Shown here piece by piece: positions 35,601-47,100 of a DNA stretch of 64,000 nt (its first letter is position 1; each line of letters opens with the position of its first letter). Below the pieces are notes generated by a model, which worked only from the letters and a program-made list of their open reading frames with translations, did not search any database and had not been told where the DNA came from. The DNA comes from Balanoglossus misakiensis (Eukaryota > Animalia > Hemichordata): contig CM082591.2 of assembly GCA_040954595.2 (NCBI GenBank), forward strand, positions 5,301,009 through 5,365,008, written 5' to 3'. The position numbers were made by a program, and so were the translations under genes.

Positions 35601-38600
35601 ATCATTTAGGTTTAAGGGATAAATTGGCCGATGAATCATAAACATGTTCACGAATTTCTTTGCTCTTTTCAACTTACTGCTGCGTGTCACATAATATGTT
35701 AATTTTGCACTCACTAAAAATGTTCTATACACAGAACAAAGCATGCATGGTGAAATACGATTTTCACTTTAAATGTATCGCTGGATCGAATCCAAAACAG
35801 TCTCCAAAGAATTGCTTGACCATAGTTGAAAAAAAATTGACAGTTGAAATTTACTAAACATTACTTAAATAACTCGACTTTTATTATTTGTTTTGAGAAT
35901 AGTACAAACAGTAAACTTTTGAAAGACATCATTACGTACCTTACACGGGGTATGCAAGGCAGTCGTTGGAAAGTAGAGAAACAATGGTTTATCTGTGTCG
36001 TGATTTTCAATAATATCTATTGCTCTGTTATTGTAAAGGTACTGAGGAATGACAAATAAAGATGTACGATTAGTATCCCCTCATTACTAAAACAGTTCAC
36101 TGACAGGCCTAAATGTCACTGAATGGCGAATTCTTATTCATGTATGATATTCTAACGCATACCTTTCCTAATAGGGGTGTATACACACACTACCTTTGAA
36201 TCCAATAGATGATTTTCAGTCATCGCGAGATTCTGCGAGACTTGTTATTTACGAGTTGCTAGCCTGCCAAGGTTTGTAGGAACGTGGAATAGGCACAAGG
36301 TATAACAGGATGTGCCATGTGGTGTTTGTCCTGTTTCACATTTCCTCCAATTCAAACCGCCTAACCCACGCGAGATCTCGCATGGTCTCCTAAAATAATT
36401 AGAAAATGGTATATATCTGCAAACCAAACCTGTCCCAGGGAGCCGAACGGGAAACCATGGTTAAACAAACTCAATGTTACAGATATATGTTTAACCTTTT
36501 TACTTGAGATTATAATTTAACACCGTGCAAGAGAAGTCGGTATACGCACCGAGATATGGACACCTTCATCGTCACGGTGAATGGAAGTATTATTATACAA
36601 TGCCGGATAAGGGATGGGTTCCGCTGTCAAGAACAAGAAACTATGCTATCATGGCAATAATGAAACACAGCAACTGGTAAATTACCAACGCTGATATACT
36701 AGTAGTATTCAAAGAATGTAATCTTCTCGCACACATAGTCTATATAGTCTTTCATCCACGCTCGCTGATATCACCTACCATTCTTTTTCAGCTGAAAGAT
36801 TTTTGAAAATTGAAGTGCGTTTAGTTCATCACTGGATTTCTCGTGTACGATTCGCTCAACGAACAAGTTTGTTTTTATATAAACTCCCAAGATTTGTCGC
36901 GCAGCGTAACTGACCTGTTTCCGCTGGTGCCATTGTGTGGTCGAAGTAGTCAACCGAATAAGAGTGTGCCCCGAAGAATGAGTCGAAACCACGATATGTC
37001 GGAGTCACATCCCATCTGCATGAGCCAAGATGCCACCTGATATCAACAGAAAACGTTTAATATAAATAACCATCTCTCTCCCTCTCTCCCGCTCTCTCCC
37101 CCTCTTTCATCTTCTCTCCCTCCCTTCTCTCTCTCTCCCACTCTCTTTGTCTGTCTTTGGTATAATATTCTCTGGCTTTAATGACAGTCACTCACTTCCC
37201 AATAGCATGGGTTGAATATCCTAGTGGTTTCAACAGTTCAGCTAGAGTGGTAAAGTTTCGTCGGAGATAACATCCTCGCTCTGGCCAAATTGAATTATAC
37301 TGAATGTAAAAAACAACAACAATATGTTAACGACTATAACGATTCATTAACAGAAGAACAATGACTGATGAACCACATGTGCCTCGAAAAAGATTTCTGG
37401 TTCGGATAGAAAGATAATGATGCTAGAACTCATTTCTAGGTGGAACATTCACTTGTCACTTTCCTGATGTCATCATGCGTGACACTGTGCAGGGTAGCCT
37501 GGTCTCCATACCCAGTGTGTTATAGATAGACTCACACACACTCGGATGTTGCTAATTAATGTGAATTATTAATCAACTATTGGCAATGCCCGGGTCATTG
37601 CTACGGCCATGCAATCAGTAGTGTGTGATTGACTTGACATGCAGATCTTAAAAATGGAAGATAGTTGACTCTGTGGACAGACCCTTGTGTGTGAGTCTAT
37701 CTTAAACACACTGGGTATGGAGACCAGGCTATGTGCAGGGATGCTTATGCTAAAAATGTGTATGTGTAGAATTTAATCCATACTTTACTGCCATACTTAC
37801 TGCAAGTCCTGCTCGGTGTGGATAGTACCCTGTCAGAAGAGCCACTCGTGACCTGTGAAGAATATTCATGACATACATTCATTGATGCCACGAAAAGAAA
37901 AGAACTTTAAAATCAGAGACATAGCAGTTTACAAAACACAACGTTTCATTGTCTCAGTACTTTATAATGCCAATTAATAAAACTCAACTAGCAGAAAATA
38001 TATAACACGGGGTGAAAATCACATCATATGCTGTGGATTTAAAAATTGTACGAAAAATGCTAAAATCTGATATCAGAAACATTAACAAAACTCATATTGA
38101 TTGATTGTTACTTACGGTGTACATAACGTGTGTGAGTATGTGTTGTTTAGAATTACGCCAGCTCTTGCTAGCGCCTCCAAGTTTGGGGTTTTCACGAGAG
38201 GGTTATTGTAGGATATGTCTCCAACACCTGAACAAGAACGCAAGGTCAATTGAACACACCTCCAAAGCACATTCCTTTTGCAAATAAATCATCAACGATT
38301 GCACTGTAAATGTCACCTTACCTGAAGAGCAGCCCATTACCAACACAATGTTGGGTGGCTTGTGTCCTGAAATAAATTAAAACTAAGTATAAATTGTCTG
38401 CAAGAGAACTACATTGTTGTTAAACAGCACTGCTGGAAACAGTGTCTGGAAAGGGGCCAAATTCGAAGGGGTCAGTGGACATGAAGTAGCCAGACCCTTA
38501 CCCATAGTCAAACAGATATGGGCAATACAGATAGAAAATATAAAACTATGGCAAATCTATGCTGAAATATCGTCTGGTTTACATGTTATATCGTCAAATG

Positions 38601-38980
38601 AACATGAATTAAAATATTTACCTTCGTCTGACTCATCGCTGTCAGTGTTTTCATCGGACTCAATCTCCGAGTCGAGCACACCTGTATGTGTACATTCAAA
38701 GATAAGTCTCCTCACTTGGAGAAATTGGATCCTACAAACATTTACCAACAAACTAGCTAAAGCTTAGCACATGCGAATTAAGATCAACTGTCAGTAGTTT
38801 TTATCGTAATTGTAAAACGCTGATATTTTGACATACACTTTGAGTGAGGGTGCAGACTATTGCTTTCTAGTAGAGATTAAACAACGCGGACTTACCACCA
38901 ACACCATCACCACCAGCGGAATCATCTGCCCAAACTGTCAGAATGGTGCATGCCGTCATTAAAACAACCAATAGTTTCAT
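32656..38980 (-). CDS. Arylsulfatase B/I/J-like secreted sulfatase (17 exons) with non-canonical active-site residues
   Basis: Exons: 38896-38980 ([11 protein letters not shown]..), 38622-38681 (acidic), 38322-38366 ([13 protein letters not shown]), 38116-38227 ([13 protein letters not shown]), 37801-37852 ([11 protein letters not shown]), 37196-37299 ([10 protein letters not shown]), 36915-37036 ([16 protein letters not shown]), 36550-36623, 35940-36041 ([15 protein letters not shown]), 35516-35582, 35094-35191 ([16 protein letters not shown]), 34642-34775 ([16 protein letters not shown]), 34235-34293 ([11 protein letters not shown]), 33946-34066 ([10 protein letters not shown]), 33679-33749 (GDYKLI), 33113-33205 (LFNI), 32656-32825 ([18 protein letters not shown]); GT-AG introns. 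Confidence 0.9.
35290..35500. mobile_element. Small inverted-repeat element (MITE family X), copy 1
   Basis: ttgtacttccggtagtatgg ... ccatactaccggaagtacgaggttgtaaggtca; related copies at ~48470 and ~56797. Confidence 0.65.
37071..37160. repeat. Degenerate (CT)n microsatellite
   Basis: Pyrimidine CT-rich tract in an arylsulfatase intron. Confidence 0.8.
37495..37731. mobile_element. MITE with ~45 bp TIRs and 9 bp target-site duplication
   Basis: TIR tagcctggtctccatacccagtgtgtt..gatagactcacacaca and its reverse complement; TSD tgtgcaggg at 37486-37494 and 37732-37740. Confidence 0.9.
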
Positions 38981-39431
38981 CGTGGATGGCAAGTATGAAA
39001 TTTTGACTAACGTAGCGGGAAGGTATGGTACCTGTGACACCGGAAACAAGTTGATATCAAATAACATACAAATTAACAACCAACACGCACGCGCGCGCGC
39101 ACATTCGTTAAGAACATTGTTCCCATTGCTCAAGCTTTACATATCCTACGGGTCATTTTTTAATCAGAATTCGAATTCGGACCTACCTTATTCAAGAAAG
39201 CCAAGGTACAGCAGCTCTCAGCCAGATCACCATTCGCCAAATGACTAGGCAGCTCAGATGTATCAGCCTCCTTCTGGGCTTGGGTGCTTATACAAAATGC
39301 GATTGGGGCCTGGACTGTTTTATAACCACACGCAATGTTTATACATGTAGTACCTCTCTATAAGTATATAACCTCTTTACTGATAATTGCAAGGCTAGGG
39401 CACGGTAACCCCAATTGTTTGGTGATTTGCA

Positions 39432-42246
39432 TTGGCGCCACTGTTGGACACTGTCGACACCCTCTCCGTTTTTGAAAGCGTTCTTGCCCGTCGGCGGGAA
39501 ATCGTGGTACTGAACGCAACGACAAAGTCCTGTTCAAATCAGGTGCATTTTCTCCTAGAGAAGACAAGCAACGCCGGTGGTAACGGTGGCATCTTTGCAC
39601 TAGAATTCAAGGGTAAGGATAACAATTTTGTGACATACACATGCAAATTCTACAATTTGCTACGTATTGCTTCATTATACGCTCCATCCGTTGCAGAGGC
39701 TGACCCTGACTGCCCCAATCCGATAGCCGTGGAAGGTTCAGGCGACGAGCGAATGTACGAGGTCGTTGAATTTTGCCCCTTGCATGGACACAATGTATCA
39801 ATAAAGTGCAAAGTTGGCTACAATTTGACTTCCGCACACGACACAATAACCTGCTTGGAAAATGGAACGTGGAGTGATTCATTCCCAGAGTGTACCCGTA
39901 AGTTATCATTATATGCGTACATATACGCGTATTGTCATTCTCAGTTGACAAGAAATAAACCGATGTATAAATTGCTGTCAGTCTCCAATTGTAAAATCAA
40001 AATAAACAGGAGTTATTGTGTTGTAAGTTTCACAAAGACATGTGTTGACACAGGAGAAAAGATTGGGTTGTGTGTCGTGTTGTTTTAGGTAATGCATTCT
40101 TATCACTAAAATATTCATAGCAGTCTAGACGACAGGTGGCTTTTCAGTTTCGCCTTGAATGGGAAATGCAGACGCATTGTCTCCTTTTGACTGCGTTCAC
40201 ACAACATTCGATGGTCAGCACATTCCTTCTGCGTAGCTCCATCCGTTCTCATTGCAACAGTGTATCGTTGCAAACCACTGATAACGTTGGCTTTGTTTAA
40301 CGTCTGTCACGCAGTAGTTAATTGTGGTGACCCAGGTGAAGTCAGTAACGCCACGAGAGAAGGGACATCGTTCGTATATCAAAGCATAGTGGAGTATACC
40401 TGTTATGATGGATTCCATGGCGGCGGTCAAATAACGTGCACTCTGCAGGGAATATGGACAGATCGTCCCAGCTGCCATCCATTCGGTAAGGCGAATGTGA
40501 AGACCATACCAGGGATGGTTCGTACAAGGTCAAAGTTTAGTAGACCATGTACACATGTGAATTGTGAACTGACATACTCAATTATTGCTATAATAGAAAA
40601 ATCACACATTTCCTATACTCGTGAAATGAGCTTTAATGAAGGTGCTCCATAAGTCAGTATGTGTACTTTTATGACTGCCAAACTTTTAAATTACTTGAAT
40701 CATTTATTATCAATGTAATTCTCCAATTTGGTCAAAATAATTGCAGGTTGTTCTGGTACGATGCCTCCATTTACAAATCAATCAAATAACGTTTTATTCC
40801 CCAGTCAACCATTTTAAATACAATAAAATGATCATTTTCATTTTAATAATATGCAGATACAACCCCAGGCACAGAACAGCCAAACTCCCAAGCGGGTGCT
40901 GGTGAGTAGTTAAACACGAAACTGTCATATACATGAAGGGAAGTATGGGGTCATTTTATTTATGGCCACATAATCGTTCGAACATGTTCAACACCAGATG
41001 TCGTTTTTAATCCGAGGAAATTTAAATGATCTGTTCGAGGCCTACTATCTCGACGCTAAGCAAGATCTCTCATTTCAGGTCTTGTTGCTGGAGTTGTAGT
41101 TGGGATGCTAGTGTGTATTGGAATCACAGCAGCTTCTGTCATAATTTACATCCGGAAAAGGTTGGCAAATCTCAGATGTCTCTTCATGTTATCTGAAAAT
41201 AATGTCTTAAAGGGAAACAAACTCGAAAAAAGTACTTCAACATAATACAAAATGTACATATTACACAACATTTACATTGAAGACTACCCATATTTATGTC
41301 ATTGAACCTAGCACAAATACATATGTGTCAGTTATTATACATATGTGGAACACTTATTTAAATGGACTGTTTCCTGTTTCCAGTTTTTAAATTCGGCCCC
41401 TTGCCAATAGCTTATAGTGCCTCTGCTTAAATTTCCAGAAGGTCAAAATCCACGAAGGGATTTGTCAGTACCCCATTCGCCAATCAGCAATACGACGACA
41501 CCACTCAAGAAAACAATCAAAACCAGAGGGCAGATGATGTGACAAAAAGTGGGGAAGTCCACTCTTATGAAATGATAGATCCGGTTAGAGAGGATTATTC
41601 AAAGTTACACAGTGACAAGCATACAACTCAAGCGGAGTATAGCGAAGTGGATACGGGAGAAATAGTTCGCATCAGCCATCGTCCTGACATCATCAAGGAA
41701 GCCGATAGAAGTCCAAAGAATTGTGACTATGCGTATGCCAATTCTGGTGTTGGTGACCAGGCTTCTGGGCATGATGACGTGAGCAAGGGAGGTGGGAAAA
41801 TCCAACAATTGGAGACCGGACACGCTATCTCGCCTTCTGCATACGACTCGACAAATAGCGTGTTAGTGAACAACATTTCGTATGAGTCCGTTGACGATTT
41901 CACTTCTGGGTTTGTAGAAAATGCCATTTACGAGGGTAGCTCTGACGTGGAGCAAGACCGACGCAGTGAAAACCTAAAAAGAGTTGAAGATCCAAGATTG
42001 AGCTGTCAAAGTGAGACTTGTCGTGGAACCGACGGAATAAGGATATCGGAAGACACCAATATGGTGGACAACGTGGCCTACGAGTCGGCTGACGTTGGCG
42101 AAGGTGACGGTGACGTGTACGCTGAAATCGATGACGCATACGGCGATAATGTCGACGCAGAGGGAAGTGTTGACAATATACTCTACGGGTCGGGAAGTGC
42201 TGGAAACCCCGATGATGTGGTGTATTTTGTTTTAGAGGAACCATGA
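39432..42246 (+). CDS. 5'-truncated (CUB)-2xCCP-TM receptor 2 with ITAM/ITIM-bearing tail (possible pseudogene or alternative 3' module)
   Basis: C-terminal half of CUB ~39432-39612 (..SCSNQVHF..IFALEFKG); CCP ~39698-39897 and ~40315-40485; linker 40858-40901; TM 41079-41160 (LVAGVVVGMLVCIGITAASVIIYIRKR); tail 41439-42246 in frame. No signal/SRCR/WSC exons found upstream. Confidence 0.75.
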
Positions 42247-44117
42247 CTGGTTATTGTGTATGAATAGTGACCCATGAAATATAATGTTACAGTAATGCAG
42301 TCGGGTTAAATGAACAGCTGCATACAGACATGCGACATGTTATAAACAGATTCATCGATAGTTGTCCGAACAGTGCTGCATTTACGTCTATTATTCGAGA
42401 TCTCATGCAATAAACTAAAATCGAAAAAAAAAATCATATCGAACACCCGTTTATTTAATTTGGGTTTCACAATTTTTCTATTTTCTGCCAAATTAGACTT
42501 AAATACTTTGTAAGTCTGCAGTTTGAAAAGACTATTTCCATCACATTTTTACAATGGATGCCTCAGCAAAATTTGAATATGTTCAACACCTAAAATAAAC
42601 GAGCGGGTGTGATTGTCTTCTCAGCTATAACGGGATCACAAAGTAATATATTTATATCAGGAGCTGTATGTGTATTTACACTACAATTTTGCTATGACTA
42701 CAAGATGAAATACAAAGCTTAACTAAGCTATAACGGAACCACAATGTTATACAGATATTAGTCAGGAGCTATATATATATCAAGTTATTGACACAACAAT
42801 TTTAAAATGACTACAATATTATTCAGCTATGGCACAACAAAAATGTGTTCGTGTACATCGTGTGCCTACTGTTCACCCGAGAGATTACAATAAGATCCAC
42901 AATTTACCATTACTACTTTTTATAGCTACAGTACCAAGTGGAAACCCAACAACGCGATTTCACAATTCTGTGTCCCATATAAAACAGGTGGTGTAAGGTC
43001 AACCAAGCACTGTACAGTGTAGATGTCAGCTGTGATTTTCATTGTTTGTTCTACAGTAAGGCGAATGCCCCTGCGTGACCGAGCACCACACAGTCAAGCC
43101 ACGAAAAGGTCGAGGAGACATAATGAGGTCAACTGACCATGATTTACCAACTAGACAAACATCAGTAGTGTCCTGTAATTCGAGGCTGGATGAACGAATA
43201 AAACATATGCAGGATTTAGCAGAAGTGCGGTCGTATATTGTTAGCTGACGCAAAATGTTGGGACAGGGTTGGTTTATAAATACGAGTACGTAAATCCTTG
43301 GGAAAATTCAACAAGTGAAATCTGAAATTTTAACGAAGGAAGTACTGGTGTTTACAAGTTGTAACCTTGAAACAAAAGAAATTGTTTACACACCTTCGAA
43401 AGGAAACATAATACATTATAGCTTGAGCTCGTGTATGTTGTCGGGATAATATAACCTGGATGGCGTCAAGGTTCCGAACAATGCGTGTTGATAATACCAC
43501 CACAATAAAATTAACGTTTATGGCTCATGCATAGGGCACTAAACGTCGGTAAACATCTCTGTTGAGCTCAATTTACGGGTGCCATAAATCGTGACGTAGA
43601 TATGAAGTACTCGGTGTAAATTTGCACTGCTTAGAGTTAATGGGGATTTTGCCACCACCCGTCGATGAAGTAATGTTCACTTAACATTTTTGTTCTGACA
43701 TTTGTCGACATCGTCATTGAGGGTATCAATGATCAGGCACTAAACATAAGGAAATATTCGACATACACTGTTACACCAACACCGAATACCGAAATTTCCA
43801 ACTTCCATTGTACACTTCTGACGAGTGTAGAATAGAATCCACGATAATTGGTTCAGTGTAAACATTCCATTTAAAGCGGACAAAGCACTGTTTGTAAAAG
43901 AAGCATCAATTTTATTTCAGTAGAAGGTTTTAAGAAACCATAACAAATACAGGAAAGCCTCTTACGACACCTAGTTCAGAAACGACAATAATTCAGCAAC
44001 CTACACACTAATGTGAATACCACTAACTAGCTTCTGAAGAGGACGCTAGAAAATTTCTCAAACGATAATTTGGAGTTTGCAGCACATTATTCTTATTTTG
44101 TAAACATATCTAATGGA

Positions 44118-47100
44118 TTATTCGTCACTTGTTTGCACTGCGGTAGTTTGCATCTCTTTTTCACCGACGTCAACATCGTACTTCTTCTTCGATTTCCTGA
44201 AGTAAAAGCAAGACCGGAAAGTGGTATAACACATTTGATTGATAATAAGATGACATAACATATATGAACACATTCTGACATGCCTGTCAATATATATTTT
44301 TTATATTGATTGATTGATAATTTATGTATGATAAATAATTAATACCAATCAATTAATTAACTAATTAATAAAGTTATTCTCGTTTATTAATTAATGAATT
44401 AATTAATTCATCCAATTAACGAGAATTAATTATTTTACTAATTCTCGTGTTAAATTAAAGAAATGGAAACCTAAAAAGTTTGGATGGATAATTTTATGTT
44501 TTGAGAAAATTACTTTTCTTACCTTTTGCAGATGATAATCACTAATATTATAATAAGGAGAAGTGCCGCCAGTATAACCAATATTATCGCAACTATTACA
44601 CCTAAAGTGAGATATATGAGGAATAATCACAATTTATTATGTCGACAACATTAATTCTGAAACAAACTAGTAGATTATGTGCCCAGGCGAAGCCTTTACC
44701 AAAATATCATCAAAAATGTTTAATTCACACAGATCTGGAAATACACAAGCCTCGCACAAGTTACTTGTCAGAATATATAAATCAAGCAGAAATCAATTTA
44801 AGTAAGGTATTTTAGTACCTACCTGCTCCAAGCCGGGATTTGGATGATCCGACTTCTTGCGTTGGTTTGACGTCATCTGAAACAAAATAAAAATCAAGTG
44901 TCACAAGTGTCATATATGTGCATGTTTCATTACGAGAAGATCAATGTTGTGATTGTCTGGGGTATTCTCGTGTTTAACCTGTATGATTTGTTTTGAATAT
45001 TATAAACAGCTATGAAATACCTAACTTATATATCATCAGTCGTTTTATAATGACCCTCAACAAGCGAGCCCTTCTATTTGTGTTTGCCTTCCTATATAAT
45101 GAATGTTCATGATGCCAACCCATCATCAATCTTATCGATTGCAAAGAAATAACGGAGAAGTTGCCATACATAGAAATATGATATTGAACCCCACACTGAC
45201 CAATCATATTATCAGTAAGGCGTTTGATTTCCTATGAACACAGATCATGAGTAATTGCACGTGTGTTATGTATATAATCATGTCCATTGCACCTACCAAT
45301 CTTAGAACAAGCAGGCTTTTCCTTCCAGACTTCACCCTCCTCACAAATGACCACGACACTTTCCTTATTCTGGTAGCCCTCTAGGCAGTAGTAATAGACG
45401 AGTGTGTCGTTATCAAGAGACATGTTGCCAATGTGTTCTGCATTTTCGACCACGCCTGGGTTGCCACACCCTAGATGACACATGGTCAAAACAGAAATAA
45501 AAATACTTAGACAAACTCTGAATTTGAAGATTGCTTAAGGAAATGCGTAAATCAGGGTTAGATGTACTGCGTTGTTGCCCACAAGCACACTCCCTTCTCT
45601 GTTTTGAAACTGCCGCGTATCAAACTACTAAAATCTAAAGGGCGACGCATCGTGTTTAATACAGAAACTTTCAAACATGTGCTGTGTATGTTGCATGCAG
45701 TAAACAGAGAATTTTGCACACTCGCGGGTCTTACCAATCTTAAGACATTCGGGTTTCGTTGTCCATTCTCCGTTCTCCTGACAAAGTATGGTGTTGTTCT
45801 CGTTGCTATAGTAACCTTCTTGGCAGCTGTAGACAACAGTGCCATTATATGTGTGGTCGTCGCCATCTTTGTCCGCATTCTCAACAGTGCCCGGATCGCC
45901 ACACCCTATGATCAGATATATATAAATACATGTCAATGGAAATGTGATATGTATTGTATGCCTTGGGGAACCAATATTCGGGGATATTTCTTATAATGTT
46001 GATATTTGTGAATATTTGTCATTAGCTTTAGTTTAACATAGAAACCGACATACCGTGCTGTTATGTTAAATAGATGGTGTGCTTGCACATGGTCAACGAA
46101 TCACAAACTTTTAACTATAAACACTCTGTATTACCTATTTGTCTGCATGGAGATTTGTCTGTCCAAGTGGCATCTTCTGTGCACGTTATATCGCCACCAC
46201 CGGCATATCCGTCTTGACACGTGTACTTTACCTTGCTGGAGTAAGTGAACGACGTACCCTCTCTGTCTGCATTCTGCACGCTGCCAGGATCGCCACAGTC
46301 AACAGCTGTTGGTTGGTGAATTATCATTAGGTAAATACATGATCTCACTTGCGTTGAAATTGTTCAACAACGTGGTTATAAAAAGTGTGTCTCTCCCTCC
46401 CCCAAAAACAGATTTGAAGAACGGCGAGGGAGGTGAATTGATTGTAATATCACAAGTGAAACTCGCGCGTACATCCATATGCAAATGATAAACTGAGTCA
46501 GTGCTACAGTGTAACCGAAATTACAGTTTCTCAGGAAAGCTTGGCGCCAACTCTTTCATCCAGCTGTTACATTGTAGTCATTCAGTGTCCCTTGGTGTCA
46601 CGTACGCAACATAGTTTCGAAAATATCAGGGTGAGAATCGGTGTCTTTGCCTCTATAGGTAAATGTTATTTTGATACATGAAAGAAAATTCACGGTTTCG
46701 CCAATGTTCAATGAATGCAAGTATGCTTAACCCTCAAAACACGCTTGTTGGCGACTGTTTCTATAATATTCAGTCTTACCTGTACAGTTTGGGAATGTGT
46801 CGCTCCAGGCTCCGTTCTCTTGACACGTCACAGTGTTGTGGGTGGTAGTTAGATTGTAGCCAGGGTGACAGCTTATTGAAATGTTGTCGCCGGCGTTAAA
46901 TGGACAGGTGTGAGACATGTCAAAATTCTTTGTCGTACCCACGTCCGCCGGAAACGTGCAATCAGATTGCAAATCTGTATCAGAAAGGAGATTACAATGT
47001 GGGAACGAACTTGTGTTATGAAAACTCAACGACAGATAAGAGACACAAAAACGGGCAAACCAATTACCAATAAATAAATAAATAAATGTAATATTATTTA

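Noticed and set aside
42620-42830. ~105 bp degenerate tandem repeat between receptors 2 and 3
   Set aside because: Only two diverged copies with no evident function
44290-44460. AT-rich quasi-palindrome (ttctcgtt...aacgagaa)
   Set aside because: Low-complexity AATT-rich intron sequence with no clear TSD or element boundaries
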